Positions 34,960-47,365 of a DNA stretch of 64,000 bases are shown in pieces. A program made the translations under genes and the position numbers. The stretch comes from Cyanophora paradoxa CCMP329 (taxonomy: Eukaryota; Plantae; Glaucophyta), in NCBI GenBank assembly GCA_004431415.1, contig QPMI01000203.1, positions 1-64,000 of the forward strand, given 5' to 3'. The first letter of the stretch is position 1. Every line of letters begins with the position of its first letter. Below the pieces are notes generated by a model that was not told where the DNA came from, ran no database searches, and saw only the letters and a program-made list of their open reading frames with translations.

Positions 34960-35627
34960 TCTAGATCTGCGATTACTAGCTTTGATCTGCGACTACGATT
35001 AGCTGGGGCGTCCTTGATCTAGACTCTGAGATCTGCTCGTGATAAGGACGTCTTAGCTTTTATCTGCGATTACGATCAGGGGTTGGACCGAAACTTGGGG
35101 CTCCCGCCCAAGACGCGCCCCAGCGGCAGGTGCGCACCGCGCAGGTCATGCGGGCATCCTTGATCTAGATCTGCGATTACGATCGTAATTACTATCGGCG
35201 GCTGAGCCCGGCGGCAGGCGCTCCTCTGGGCGGGAGGCTCGTCGATCGAGTGCGCCCCCGTTTGCTTTGATTTGGATCTCAAGACCTTTCGATTACGATC
35301 TGACCCCTCTTCGCGCCCACCGCAGGCTGACTCCATGTCGGGCCCCCCCAAGGCCCTGTAGGGGCTCCCGCCACCGCCCCGAGGCGACCCCCGCCGCCAC
35401 AAGACGCTATGCAGCACCACGCTGTGCATGCGGACACATGTAGCTATTTAGCTAGCCAGAGTGTCCGCGGGGAGGCGCATTACTCTCCTTAGGGGGCCAC
35501 GCAGGGCCCGGCCGGCCAGTTCGCTGGTGGGCTGGGCCCGCGGCCGCGGCGGCCGCAGTGTATATTCCCACACTTGTAGCCCGGACCTGCGTTTTAGTAC
35601 GTGTCCGAATGCGAAGGTACAAATGCT
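34960..35627 (-). repeat. Repeat family B, copy 2 (inverted relative to copy 1), with GATTACGAT-type motifs
   Basis: Reverse complement of 28758-29128; aggacgtcttagctt at ~35045 pairs with aagctaagacgtcct at ~29132. Confidence 0.88.
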
Positions 35628-35638
35628 CCCATTACGAA

Positions 35639-36443
35639 TTAAGTCTGAGAGCCAACACTGATCTCAAGAGCTTGCTTCACTGGCAACACACTGACCCAAT
35701 CCGACGGCGCTGTTGGAAGAAGCCCAATAGACCAGCACTTGGACAGACCGAAGCCCAATGCAACGAAGTTGAGGAGGACGTACACTAGCTTGGGTTGCGT
35801 CAAATCCTTCAAGTCCGAGAAGGGCGCGAAGGCTGCAGGTGGGTAAATAAAAGGACTTCAGGAATCAAGGAGCTCAGCGCACTCTGATTCATGTTCATCA
35901 GTGCCTGCACGGGCCCTTGCATCGCCATGAAAATGACAATGATGGAGAAAATGTGGATGCCACTGCCGCTCATCCACAGCATGAAGCCAGTCATGAGAAG
36001 GTTCTTCCCGGGCGATGTCGCAAGCTCCCAAGCTTTCTGTGGGCGTATGTCGGAGCCGGTATACATCAACGTGCTTTTCAGTGAACCTTCTGCTTTAGGA
36101 GATTGAAGTCTGCCTGCTGGCGAGCCGGCGCGCGAACTTCCTGCGTTGTGCGTTAGAGCTGCGAACTTCCGGCGCGTATTGAGCTGCGGCAGATAGTGCG
36201 GCGATGCGCGGGTGCACCTCATCCTGCACCACGGCACGCGAGGAGAACCCCAGTGGTTCAGCAAGCGCGGACTTCGAGCTCTCTGACAAGGCCAGGACAT
36301 TCGCAGTGCCCGCTTTGAGCGTCGCGACCCTGCTTCTGACTCAGCGAGGTAATGTAGACGCGTAAATGAGCTCACCGCGAGTCGGATGATAGGTCGAACG
36401 CCCAGCGGCGCCGGCCGCGTGAATCTGCAGTTGGCGGCGCCAT
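35639..36443 (-). CDS. EMC4: ER membrane protein complex subunit 4, multi-exon
   Basis: MAPPTADSRGRRRWAFDL; KAWELATSPGKNLLMTGFMLWMSGSGIHIFSI; KCWSIGLLPTAPSDW; TAA at 35639-35641. Confidence 0.9.
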
Positions 36444-36725
36444 GGCTAGCTAGATCGATACCTCCCAAGCGTGCGTAGCGGATGCGTGTTGCACTGCGTG
36501 AGTGCAGATGCGCCGGAGCTATTCCACTTGGAGAGAGCAAGTAAAAGACACTCCCAGGATCGAAAGTTGGATGTCAACGACGGGTACAGGTCACGTACCC
36601 CTGAAATCGTATTGAAAGGCCCTGAATTCGTAATCGAAATCAAATTAAAGCAATCGAAAATATCTGGAATAATATAATTCAATGGAACTAGATCTCAGCA
36701 GAGTCTGCAGCACGCAAGCAGAGTC

Positions 36726-36909
36726 TGGTGCTACTGCGAAGTAGGGGTGTTGCAGGGTTTTGCGTGAGTTGAAGCATTGATAATACCGATGAGAGTGGAG
36801 GGCTAACCTCAGCTGCAGTTATCCTCTTCGCCGGATTGTATGTCAAGAGGCGGCCAAGAAGATCCAGGGCCTGATCAGAGGCTGCCTTGAAAAGGATCCG
36901 AAAAGGTGT
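36726..36909 (-). pseudogene. 184-bp inverted copy of a CDK7 exon-intron-exon fragment (source ~32024-32211)
   Basis: [34 protein letters not shown] plus the intron; acceptor AG deleted. Confidence 0.93.
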
Positions 36910-37357
36910 ATATACCGGTGGTATTTGCAGTGGTATTTGCAGTGACTGTATGTACACTGCAGCTGCAGCTGCGCATGCAGCTGCCGCGGCCGCAGCCATA
37001 TATATATATAATATATGCATGGCATGGGCCGGGCCAGCTAGCGCTGCGGGGCCCAGCGCTAGTGCTATATATATATATCCAGGTTCTCAGAGAACGTCCC
37101 AGAGTGCTACGGGTGAGCATAGGCTATAGCTAGCTATAGCCTATGCATATGCGGCACGGGACGCTAAATTCAAAGGGTCAGATCGAAATCTGAAAACCCC
37201 GAGATCGAAATCAAAGCACTCGTGCGCACTCGATGGACGAGCCTCCCGCTTCGAGCCTCGAGTTTTCCGGAACCAAAACAAAAGTCTATCTAAGTGGTAC
37301 AAGGTGCCTGTTTTAAAAATTGGCAGGAAAAAGGAATTGCCTGCTAGTGTTGCAAGC

Positions 37358-39041
37358 TCACTTCTCCTCTTTCTTTTGCTTTTGATGGGACCCAACCCCC
37401 ATAAGTCGTGTGAAGTCGACCCTGCAGGAAGTTCAAGACAAGGGACCGAGAATGGAATCGAACAATGACACACCACTGCGAGGAGCCCCAGAAAGTGTTT
37501 CCAAAGCGGAGGAGGAAGGTCGCCACCTTAGAGACATTGGGAAGGTTGTGGAGCATTGGATCCACGATGTACTGTTCAACGCCGTTCAGGAGCTGATAAC
37601 GAGTGTTTGAAGAAGACGACATGAAGGTGCCGTAGAGGAGCGATGTCTTAAGGATGGGTGCAGGCTCCGCAGTTGGGGTATGGTTGGGGTCGAGTGCCCT
37701 TCGAATGAAGAGGGCAGCATGTGTGAGCGAGGTGCCCGTCGTACTGGACATGAATCCAACTGTAAAAAAGGATTAGATGGCAGAACACAACAGAGAGCAG
37801 CCACGTGCAAATGCACACCACAGAAGAGCTGTCCTGATTTAAAGAAGTAGGCACCCACACGCTGGGCAAGAGTGTAATGATGCCCTGGCGTCGGTTTTTG
37901 AAGGCAGGAAGATGGGAGCGAGTCCAGTATGCGCTTGAGCTTGGAGGGTGATGCACTTGGGGGTCCTCCGAAACGGATCACAGGCGCAGGTACCCAGACG
38001 AGGGCGAGATCGGCAAGAATCTACGAGGAACGATCTTTTGTATTGGGCTTTGCTGGCCGAAAATAGCCGTGTACGCACCGCCATGATCACGTTCGCCATA
38101 ACAAAGTCCAGTTCTTCCCAGATGCGGTCCTTTCGCTTGTTGACCTCTGCGGATAACTATGATTCCGCGTTAGCTGATCGACGAGGAAAAAAGAAAAAGG
38201 GAGACAACTTGCTCACCTTTCCGGCAACACCGATTGCCTCTTCGACAGCAACCTTGAACAAGAATTTCGGGTCCGCGAGGATACGGGCGCGGACCCCCGC
38301 TCCAAGCCTCATCAAAAAGCCCTCGAGCGGCTTCTTTGTCGCGTCCAGGTAGCGAAGGAGGATAGCGGGCGCGAGAAGGCCGTGCTCAAGCGCGGTCCGG
38401 ATCTCGGGAGGTAGCTGCTGCTCTGTAATCCCGTAGTTCTGAAGAATCTCGTGCAGCACTTCGGGAATCGCCCGCTGATCGTTCGTTTCCATCGCCGTGA
38501 GGGATCTGTCAGCGTCGGGCTCCTCGTCACCCCCACGTCCCTCCCAGCCTCCGCCACCGCTCCCGCCACCGCTGCCGCCGCTGCCAGCTCGACCGCCGCT
38601 TCCACCAGAGGTCCCATCAAGCTGATCGGCCGGCGCATCCGAGCGCGACGCGCCTGGCCCTAGTCCGGCCGGCGTGGTCGTCGCCTCGAAAGCCGGGATG
38701 CTCACGCTCGGACCGGGCTCGCTGGACGAAGTTCCCTGGCTGCAGTAGAACTCGGGCTGCGTGCGTGTAGGCCCGCAGCTGTGCTGAAAACGCGCCTCCC
38801 CGGCGGGCGCCGCCCGGCCTGTCGGACGGCATGCAGAAAAGCGCCGGGCTACTTGCACAGCAGAAGCGTGGACGAACGACTGAGCTGAGCGCTGAACGGG
38901 ACGCGGACGTGTCGGAAGGTCGCAGGCGGGTCCACGGTTTGCGCGGCGCGTCGGCGCCTGGAAGCTCCGCGAGGCCGCGACCGGTCCGACGCCAGCGAAC
39001 GCGAACCCGATCCCGACCGCGGTGCCCGAGGCCGCCGGCAT
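37358..39041 (-). CDS. RETICULATA-related (DUF3411) plastid envelope protein, multi-exon
   Basis: Transit-peptide-like N-terminus, Gly-rich linker, RILADPKFLFKVAVEEAIG, EELDFVMAN, YTLAQRVG, FMSSSSNTRYQLLNGVE, LRFGNTFWGSSQW|VDFTR. Confidence 0.9.
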
Positions 39042-39676
39042 CTGCAGAGGAGAAAGGGGTCAACGACCCTGCCCCTTGCACGTCGCAGCCTCGCCGCACT
39101 CTACTGTACGTTATGAGCGCACCGCTGCAAAGCTAAGGATGGGGCTGCCGCTGCGCTCAGAGGCTGCCCCACTCGCCCTCTCGATACCAAGGTGTACCCA
39201 GGCGAAGGCCCGAAGGGGATGGGCGAAGCAGCCTTCACATTAATCCTTCCTTAATTACTGCAGTAATTCGAATTCGAATTCGAAGCTAGGCCTATATATG
39301 GCCTACTAGCTGCAATTCGATGCTAGTTTGTGAAGCTAGGCCTGCTGCAATTTGAGGCCGAAGCGCCGTACCCCCAAAGCGCCGTACCCCCACTCTTTTT
39401 TTCCGTTCTCGAAGCCACCAGGCTTCGATTCTAGTCTAGCTGCCCTTCGGCCAACATGACGACTCTCTTCGCCAACGCGCTGCATCTTCGCAGCCTCCAG
39501 GGTGCGCGGAGCGCGACGGCGAAACGACGCGCACTGCCTATAGGAGCACATGGCATAGAGCAGCAGCTGCCGCCGACGTCATCCGCGCTCTTGATGGCCC
39601 GAGGAAGGCGCTGCGCGCCTGATGCCCTCGCGCGCGCGCAGCCCCGGCACTCGCTGCCCCGAGCCTGGACAAGAAG

Positions 39677-41028
39677 GTGTCCCCCATTTACATTCCCTCC
39701 GTTGTCGAGCCGGCGAAGCGGGCCCTCATCCCCTCGGCGATCGAGCTCTACACGCCGAAGGTCCGCCACAGCTCTTCGCGTCTCGCCCAGCTAACCGCTG
39801 CGCAGTACTACTACAACTGCGCTATCGGCGGCGCTCTTGCCTGCGGCCTGACCCACACCGCCATCGTTCCTCTGGATCTCGTGAAGTGCCGCATGCAGGT
39901 GAACCCTAAGGAGTACGCGAGCATTGGCGACGGCTTCAAGAAGGTCAGACGTGCCGCGCTTCTCTGCCCATCGAATTTAAACATATTCAAACAGGTCGTC
40001 GCGGCGGAGGGCGCCGCCGGCCTTGCTGGTGGCTGGCTCCCGACCCTCATCGGGTACTCGCTCCAGGGCACCTGCAAGTTCGGTTTCTACGAGCTCTTCA
40101 AGAAGCTGTATGCCGATGCTGTTGGCGAGGAGAATGCCCACGCGTACCGCACCTACCTCTACCTCGCGGCTAGCGCTTCGGCCGAGGTCATCGCCGATGC
40201 TGCGCTGTGCCCCATGGAGGCCGTCAAGGTCAGGATGCAGACCAAGGTATGCCATTCGCAACTCTTTTTGCACCTCTTTTGATTGAAGCGCTTCTTCTAG
40301 CCCGGCTTCCCGCTGGCCCTTGGCCCTGCCATGAGCTTGATTATGAAGGAGGAAGGCCTGAACGGGTGCGAGATGATTTTTCCTTCTTCTTTGTTTTAGG
40401 CCATGACCGCACTCTCAGCTTCTACAAGGGCCTTGCTCCCCTCTGGATGCGCCAGATCCCGTACACCATGGTCAAGTTCGCGTCGTTCGAGAAGACCGTC
40501 GAGTTCATCTACAACTTCCTCGGCGGCAACCGCGCCGATTACAGCAAGGTGCAGCAGCTCGGCATCACCTTCGCTGCTGGCTACTGGGCAGGTGTCTTCT
40601 GCGCCATCGTCAGGTGCACACAGGCCCGTCGACGAGTCATTCTATAACTGATGGGGTCTCTCTTCTTCCTCGTTCTTCTTCTTTATGGTGTAGCCACCCG
40701 GGTCCGTCTTAGTCGTTGACTGAAACTGTCGGACACCCCTGAAGTTCCCTTCGCGCGCAGCGGACTACGTCGTGTCTCAGCTGAACAAGAACCCCGGTTC
40801 GTCTGTCGGCGGCATCCTGTCCGAGGCCGGCCTTTCCGGCGTGTGGCGCGGCCTTGGTGCCCGTATTATCATGATCGGTACCCTCACGGGCCTCCAGTGG
40901 GTTCGTGAAGGCCCCGCACTCGCGCTTCCCTGACTTCTCTCTCACGCGGTGCCGCCCAGTTCATCTACGACTACTTCAAGGTGATGGTCGGCCTGCCGAC
41001 CACTGGCGCTGCCCCCGCCAAGAAGTAG
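39677..41028 (+). CDS. SLC25A3: Mitochondrial phosphate carrier (SLC25A3/PiC), multi-exon; true start lies slightly upstream
   Basis: CGLTHTAIVPLDLVKCRMQV, GYSLQGTCKFGFYE, ALCPMEAVKVRMQT, LWMRQIPYTMVKFASFE, IVS|HP|ADYVVS, IMIGTLTGLQW|FIYDYFKV. Confidence 0.94.
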
Positions 41029-41411
41029 ACCTGGCCTGCGATGCCACTAGTCTACCTAGCTCTTTTCCTTTCAATGCAGTTGCAATTTCTCCAGAACAGG
41101 GTGTGATGCAGCTGGGCGGGCATGGTTTGCAGCATTGAGGGGGACGAGACAGAACTAGCTTGAATCAATAATCTGATCATGATTGCATATTACTAGTAAT
41201 CAATAATCAGCTGCAGTTATAGCTTTATGTAGTGCATGCACACGTGCACGTGCACGTGAGAGAGAGCAACGAAAGCCTTGAAGCCTTCAGCTTAACTCAT
41301 GATGAGTGATGCCTTGAAGTTCTAGATCTGCAGCTGTGTATATCATAGCACAAACGCGTACGTATACATATACATGCACTCAGTGACTAGCTATATAGTA
41401 CGGTTTATAAT

Positions 41412-42975
41412 TGCAAGGGGGGGTACCCCCTCCCTTGCTCCCCTGGTGAGTTGGTGCGGCGTACTTTCTGTGTCAGCAATTTTTGTAAGATGCGATTCTT
41501 TGCATGCGCTCTCGTATAGGTGTGATCGCATCGTAGCCGCTGCGAGCGGCGAAAAAAAATGCAAGGGCGGGGCTGCGCAAACATGTTGAGGTCGCGCCTC
41601 ACCTGCTGTTGCTATACGCGCCGGACCACGTGCTCCTGATTGCTCTCAATGCGCTCTACAAACTTTGTCATACATGCCTGGCCTCGAGAAGCGGCGTGCG
41701 GCGCGCTAGGCCGCCTCAAGTACCTGTTGTACCGGGCGCCGGAAAAAAGCGCTCCTGCGAGTTGGATTGTTTCGAGACTCGAGCAGGGGGGGAATGGATG
41801 CCGATATCGTGTTGCAGTACCCGCCGTGAGAGAGTGCAGAAAGAAGCGGGCGCCTTCTCCGGTGCGCACCCGGGCCGCGGCGTTTCGCCCACCCTCCAGG
41901 CGGACTCCGCCAATGATCCAGTTCAGGCGGACTTCAGCTCGGCGATGTCAAGCCCTTCAAGCGCAAGTACGGGGCGGATCACCACTCGCACGCCTCGGCC
42001 CGCCGCGGCGCGGCCGGACCGGATGCGTGGCTTGACCGGCGGCCGCGGCCGGCGCTCCGTACTAGCTGTACTACGGTAGTGGAGGGCCGGGTGGCGGCGT
42101 CGCAGTATTCACAGCTGCTCCTAGTTCGCCGCGCCGGGCTGCTTCCCTGCCCGCTGCTCCCAGCTGCTCCGCGCGCCAGCTGCTTCAGCAGCTGCTCCCT
42201 GCCTGTCGCCCCGCCCGCTGCTTCAGCTTCGTCGACTCCAGGTTCGCCCCGCCGGCGCCGCTGCTGCCGCGCGCGTCACCCGGCCGACCTCGCTGGGCCC
42301 CGCGCCGGCGCCGCCGCTGTCGACGTCCGGGGCGAGCTGACGCCTCGGCCCTGCGCACGCAGGCTACGCGCAGGGCCCGGCGCCACCTGCCGCTCCGCCC
42401 GCTTCCTCGCCCGCCGCCCCGCCGGCTGCTTCAGCTTCGTCGACTCCAGGTTCGCCCCGCCGCTGCTGCTTCGCATCTGACCCGGCCGCCCCCGCTGGGC
42501 CCCGCCCCCGCACGGCCGCTGTCCGGGGCGAACTGACGCCTCGGTTCTGCGCATGCGCAGGCTACGTGCAGGGCCCGGCGCCACCTGCCGCTCCGCCCGC
42601 TTCCTCGCCCGCCGCCCCGCCGGCTGCTTCAGCTTCGTCGACTCCAGGTTCGCCCCGCCGCTGCTGCTTCGCATCTGACCCGGCCGCCCCCGCTGGGCCC
42701 CGCCCCCGCACAGCCGCTGTCCGGGGCGAGCTGACGCCTCGGTTCTGCGCATGCGCAGGCTACGCGCAGGGCCCGGTGCCACCTGTCTCTCCTCCGGATC
42801 CCGCTTTCCCGCCCGCCGCCGCCAGCGTCGCCACCCCACCTACCCGCCTCGCCACCCCGCCCGCCTCGCCCGGCCGCCCGCCTTGCCTCTCTAGCTGCCC
42901 CCTCCGCCCCCCTCCCCTGCGCCCCCCGCCTCCCCCCCAAGTACCCTGCAATGTGTACCAGTACCCCCCCTTGCA
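41412..42975. mobile_element. Putative non-autonomous TIR element (1.56 kb)
   Basis: Perfect 15-bp inverted repeat TGCAAGGGGGGGTAC (41412-41426) / GTACCCCCCCTTGCA (42961-42975); no transposase; flanked by palindrome-rich DNA. Confidence 0.5.
42217..42785. repeat. ~200-bp GC-rich tandem repeat x~3
   Basis: ctgcttcagcttcgtcgactccaggttcgcccc recurs at ~42217, 42426, 42625. Confidence 0.9.
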
Positions 42976-43395
42976 CCTCCGCGCGCGGCCCGCACTTGCC
43001 GCACTTGCACAGGGCCGGGCGCGGTCTGCTAGTTACGTACTGCAGCTGTGCATGCGCGAGCCGCTGAGCTATACTGCATATATATGTACGTATACGTTCA
43101 TACTATGATACTTAAACGTATACGTAGCACCACAACAATGCGTATATCTAGATCGACGCCTACGCCTGCGGCGCCGGCGCCCCCGCGCGCGCGCGCGTCG
43201 CGCGACCGGCAACTGCTGGCTCGGGCAAATACAATATACCCTCAGCGCACCAAGCCCCGGGTACAAGCGCGTTTGTTTTTGGAGGCCGGCTAGCGCAGCA
43301 GCAAGCACCGCACACTAGCGGCGCGGTGTAGCAGACTAGCGGACTAGCAGTGCACCGCAACCGGCCGCCCCAGCGAGTAGCAGCGCACAGAAGCC

Positions 43396-46300
43396 ATGGA
43401 GGACGGCGACCCGCCGGTGCCCGGCCAGGACCCGATGCCGGAGGACTCGGACGAGGAGGAGGACGTTATTGGAGAGCTACGTGACAACGTGTGCAGCTAG
43501 CTACGCTTAGACAGCTTAATGGCAGGTTACGCTGGGCTTACGCACGGCTTTCGCAGGAGATCATCCAGCGCCTCAATGAGGCCCTTACCAAGCAACTTTC
43601 CACCGAGCATGAGCGTATCGCGCTCGAGCTGCGGGAGAAGGTCCCGTGCGGCAGCCGCTGCAGTTGCGCTTGAACTGAACTCGCTTGGCCCGCCTGCAGG
43701 AGGAGCAACTGCGCCGCTCCAAGCAAAAGCGCCTCGATATCGGTGTGGAGCTGTACGGCGCTCAGCAGCAGCTAGCGCGGATGCAGATGCAACTTGAGAA
43801 AACGCACGACAACTTCAATATCATCATGAAGATCCGCGAGCAGGCTGAGCAGGAGCTGGAGGGTGTCAAGTCTGAACTAGTTGAGCAGAGAAACGGCGTG
43901 GCTGTGCAGGGCAAGAAAGGTTGGAAGCTGTTCTCGTCTGAACGCATTCTCGCAGTCTCGAACGTTTCCCCTCGCAGTTGATCAGTACCAGGCCGATCTA
44001 GACAAGCTTAACTTGACGCTACGCCAAGTTGAGATGTACAATGAGCAACAGAAGCACGAAATCGCTGTCACCCGGTGACATTTTGATCGCTGCGTGTCTA
44101 GGGATATGCACAGGCTGACCGCTTAGCCAGGCGCATCACTTACAAAGCCGAGGAGACTGTATCAAACCTCGAGAAGGAGAAGAAGCAGCAAGACTTCATC
44201 ATCGATGCCCTCAACGAACAGATGAAAAATCTGCATGAACAGCTCGCCCTGTACGAGGCACAGCTCATCTCCCAGCGGCAAGAGACCAAGTCTGCTGCGG
44301 AGACTCTTGCGCAAGCGGCTGGCGAAATGGAGGCAAGCCCGCTGCATATCGTTTTCCAAGCTGTAATTCAGGAAACTGACCAGTCGTGCTCCCGCAGGCG
44401 ATCAACTTCGAGAAGAAGCAGCTGATTCAGCAATGGAAAAGCAGTCTTATCGGCATGCAGCGTCGAGATGAAGCCCTGCAGGCTGCAGAGGCGGCACTCC
44501 GGTACAGTTGTGACTTGATCTTGGGGTAAGAACTATTAATCTAACCAAAGTCGCAGCAATCAGCAGGAGCAGATCCTGTCTCTAGACAGCGAGATTACAG
44601 GATTCAAGTCTCGCATAAAGCAGGAACAGGAGAAGAACGAGCAGCTGGTCGGCATGCTCACGAAGATGCAGTCGGAGGCCGGCTTCCTGCAGAAACAAAT
44701 CGAGAGTGTCCGGGAAAGGCGCGAAAAGCTCAATGAGAGGTGGGTCTTCTGGCACATTCGGTGGGTGCGCACAATCTGACTGAATCTGACTGCGGTTCTT
44801 GAAACACAGGTTCAGCATGTTGAAGAAGTCGTTGGAGCAAACAGATGCTGAGCTAGCTAAGGCCACACAAGCAAGTCTTTTGTTGAGTCTTATTTTGTCT
44901 GCCGCTCACTCTCGGAACAGGAGCGCTCTCAGCTCATCAAAGATGCTGCAGTCGTCGACAAGAAGATTGTTGAAGTTGCTGGGGAAGTACAGAGGACCGA
45001 GGACGACATCCTCACGCAGCTTAGTGAACAGAAGACGATTGACAAAGGGACACAAAATGTCATAGTGCTCATCCAAAAGATGCGCAAGCAGATCCATGAC
45101 AAGGAAATGCAGCAGGCTCAGCTGAACAACGAGGTATGACAGCAATAGAATGTGTAATGTGCCTTGCATTGACATTCATACAGGTTGCTCGCATCCGAGT
45201 CGACATGCTCAACACAGGATCCCACAACACTCGCCTGCATGAGAACCTGAAGGAACTCGAAGCAGAGCTTAAGCAACGTAGCGCATTGATTGAGAAGTAT
45301 GAACTGGAGATCAGGAGGAGGAACGATGAGATTGAAAAGAAGCAAAGCGAAGTTGATCGTCTCAACAGGCGGCTCGACCAGCTCCTGTCGAACATGGAGG
45401 TGACTTCCACGTACCAGTCTGATCAAATGCATGATTTCGATTTTATATTGCGGCAGGATGAAAATCTCGGCCCCCTCGAGGCCACCATTCACAACCTGTC
45501 GAAGTCGATTGTGTCAAAGCAGCAGGAGTGCATCGACATGCAGCGGGCATGGATAAACGAGCAGAACGACCTTGTGCAGCTGCAGAACGAATCGTCTGGC
45601 CAGAGTGAGGCAATTCAACAGCTCAAAAGCGAGTTTGCTGTCCTCAATCAGCGCAGGATGCGAGTGGAAGGTGCACGATGGTGTTGTTGCCTGCCTTGCA
45701 ATTCCCCTCACAGGCTTTTCCTCGCAGCTCAACTCGACGGTCACGAGAAGGAGCAACGCGAACTGCAGTCTGGAATCCGCCAGATGCACACAGAGATGGC
45801 ACGCCTGAATGACCTGCTTGCAAAGCACAACAACCAGCAAGAGACACTGGTGGATGCCAACTTTACCCTTGAGAACGACTTTGCAAGGCGTTTGAAGGCA
45901 AGTGGAACATCTGTGCTTGCGGCACCTGGCTTGTCCTGACAATTGTACCTCTCCACAGGAATTGGAGGTGGACAGCATTAAATTGGAAGCACAGATCAAT
46001 GGGCTTCGAGACGAGAAGCAGCGAATTCTGAACGAGATAATTGAATTCGAGTGTGCTTCTCCGAGTCCATTCATTTACCAACATTTTTAACTCAATCACG
46101 TGCAGGCGGCAAGCTACAGTGTGGGAACGGAAAATACAGCTGGAAAGGGAGACATCAGAAGCGCTGGACCCTGAGGTAGGGACAGAGATGGCGCAGAGCA
46201 TGAGGAGAGAAATCCACCGCATGAAGCTTCGTTTCTCCGACCTGCTGAAGACACAAGAACACCTTATCAAGGACATTGAGCAAAGCATTTACAAGCGGGA

Positions 46301-46973
46301 TGCGATTGCATCAAAGTCAGCTGTTTGTTACCTCCATTTCCATCCCTGGTCTCACGCAAGCTTCAGGGGGCGGGCTGCAACCAAGACACCAGGTTTGACA
46401 CAGGGGGCCTTGAAAAAGACACTTGAACAGCTTGTTAAGAAGATCAAGGTCCGCAAAACAACTTTCCTTCTCTTGGGCTCAAAAAACACGTGTGTCCCTC
46501 GCCAGGAGGCGGAAGCCGAGGCAGCAGCTACAGAACGGGCGATTCGTTCACTCGATTCTGACCGGAGTGCACTCGCGAGACAAATCGAGGAGCTTGCAAG
46601 GTCATGCGACACCCTGAAGGTTCGGGAGGACGAATCTGTGCGCATGATTGACAAGTACATGGGTGACAAACTGCGGGTGAGAGTGGTTCTGAAATCAACA
46701 TGTGTTGCTTGCATGCTTGCATATAACAAGCGAACGCAGAACCTGGCCGACATCACTCGCCTGCAGCGGATGGCAAAGCAGGTCCAAGCTGCGAAGGAGG
46801 GGAAATACACAAGCGACATCACACCAGAGCGCATCTCTGCTGAGATCACAACACAAGCTGCTCGCATGGGGAAGCTGAAGTCCATCATAGCGATCCTGCG
46901 GCAACAGCACCCGAATGTGGAGCCACAGCTCTCCCATTTGTCAGAGTCGTTGTGGGGTATGGATTCACAATAG
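43396..46973 (+). CDS. CCDC40: Coiled-coil domain-containing protein 40 (axonemal 96-nm ruler), multi-exon
   Basis: KRLDIGVELYGAQQQLARMQ, KKQQDFIIDAL, EKKQLIQQWKSSLIGMQRRDEAL, DENLGPLEATIHNL, WERKIQLERE, MRREIHRMKLR. Confidence 0.92.
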
Positions 46974-47365
46974 CAATCAGTTTAAACATAGACACAGACA
47001 TATACAGGCTAGATATTCGCTAGATATGCTAGTACTGTTTGCATGCATTCAGAAGGAAAAGCAGAACACGTCCTTGGTGATTGAGACTGTCATTGTCAAC
47101 TGCGCTAGCTGTTTGACTACGTTTACAGGTCTTCACAGATAAAAGCGCTAGCTATATAAACAGCTGGCCAAGCGCCAAACAGCTAATCGGTCTAGATATC
47201 GCTGCGGTGGCTTCCTAGCTAACGGGGTACGTAAGCAATAGGTGCTGCCACGGGCTCGCTGCGGGGTGACAGACGCAGGCGCGCCAGCCGTGTAGCTTGC
47301 GCGCTGTCATTCGTGGCAAACACGCGCGCTGTCGTTGTCAAGATTGACGAACGCGGCGCGCGACA

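Noticed and set aside
28758-35627. Composite transposon carrying PRA1, CDK7 and the coiled-coil gene between inverted B copies
   Set aside because: No TSD, arms differ by many indels, and a third unpaired copy exists; independent insertions are simpler.
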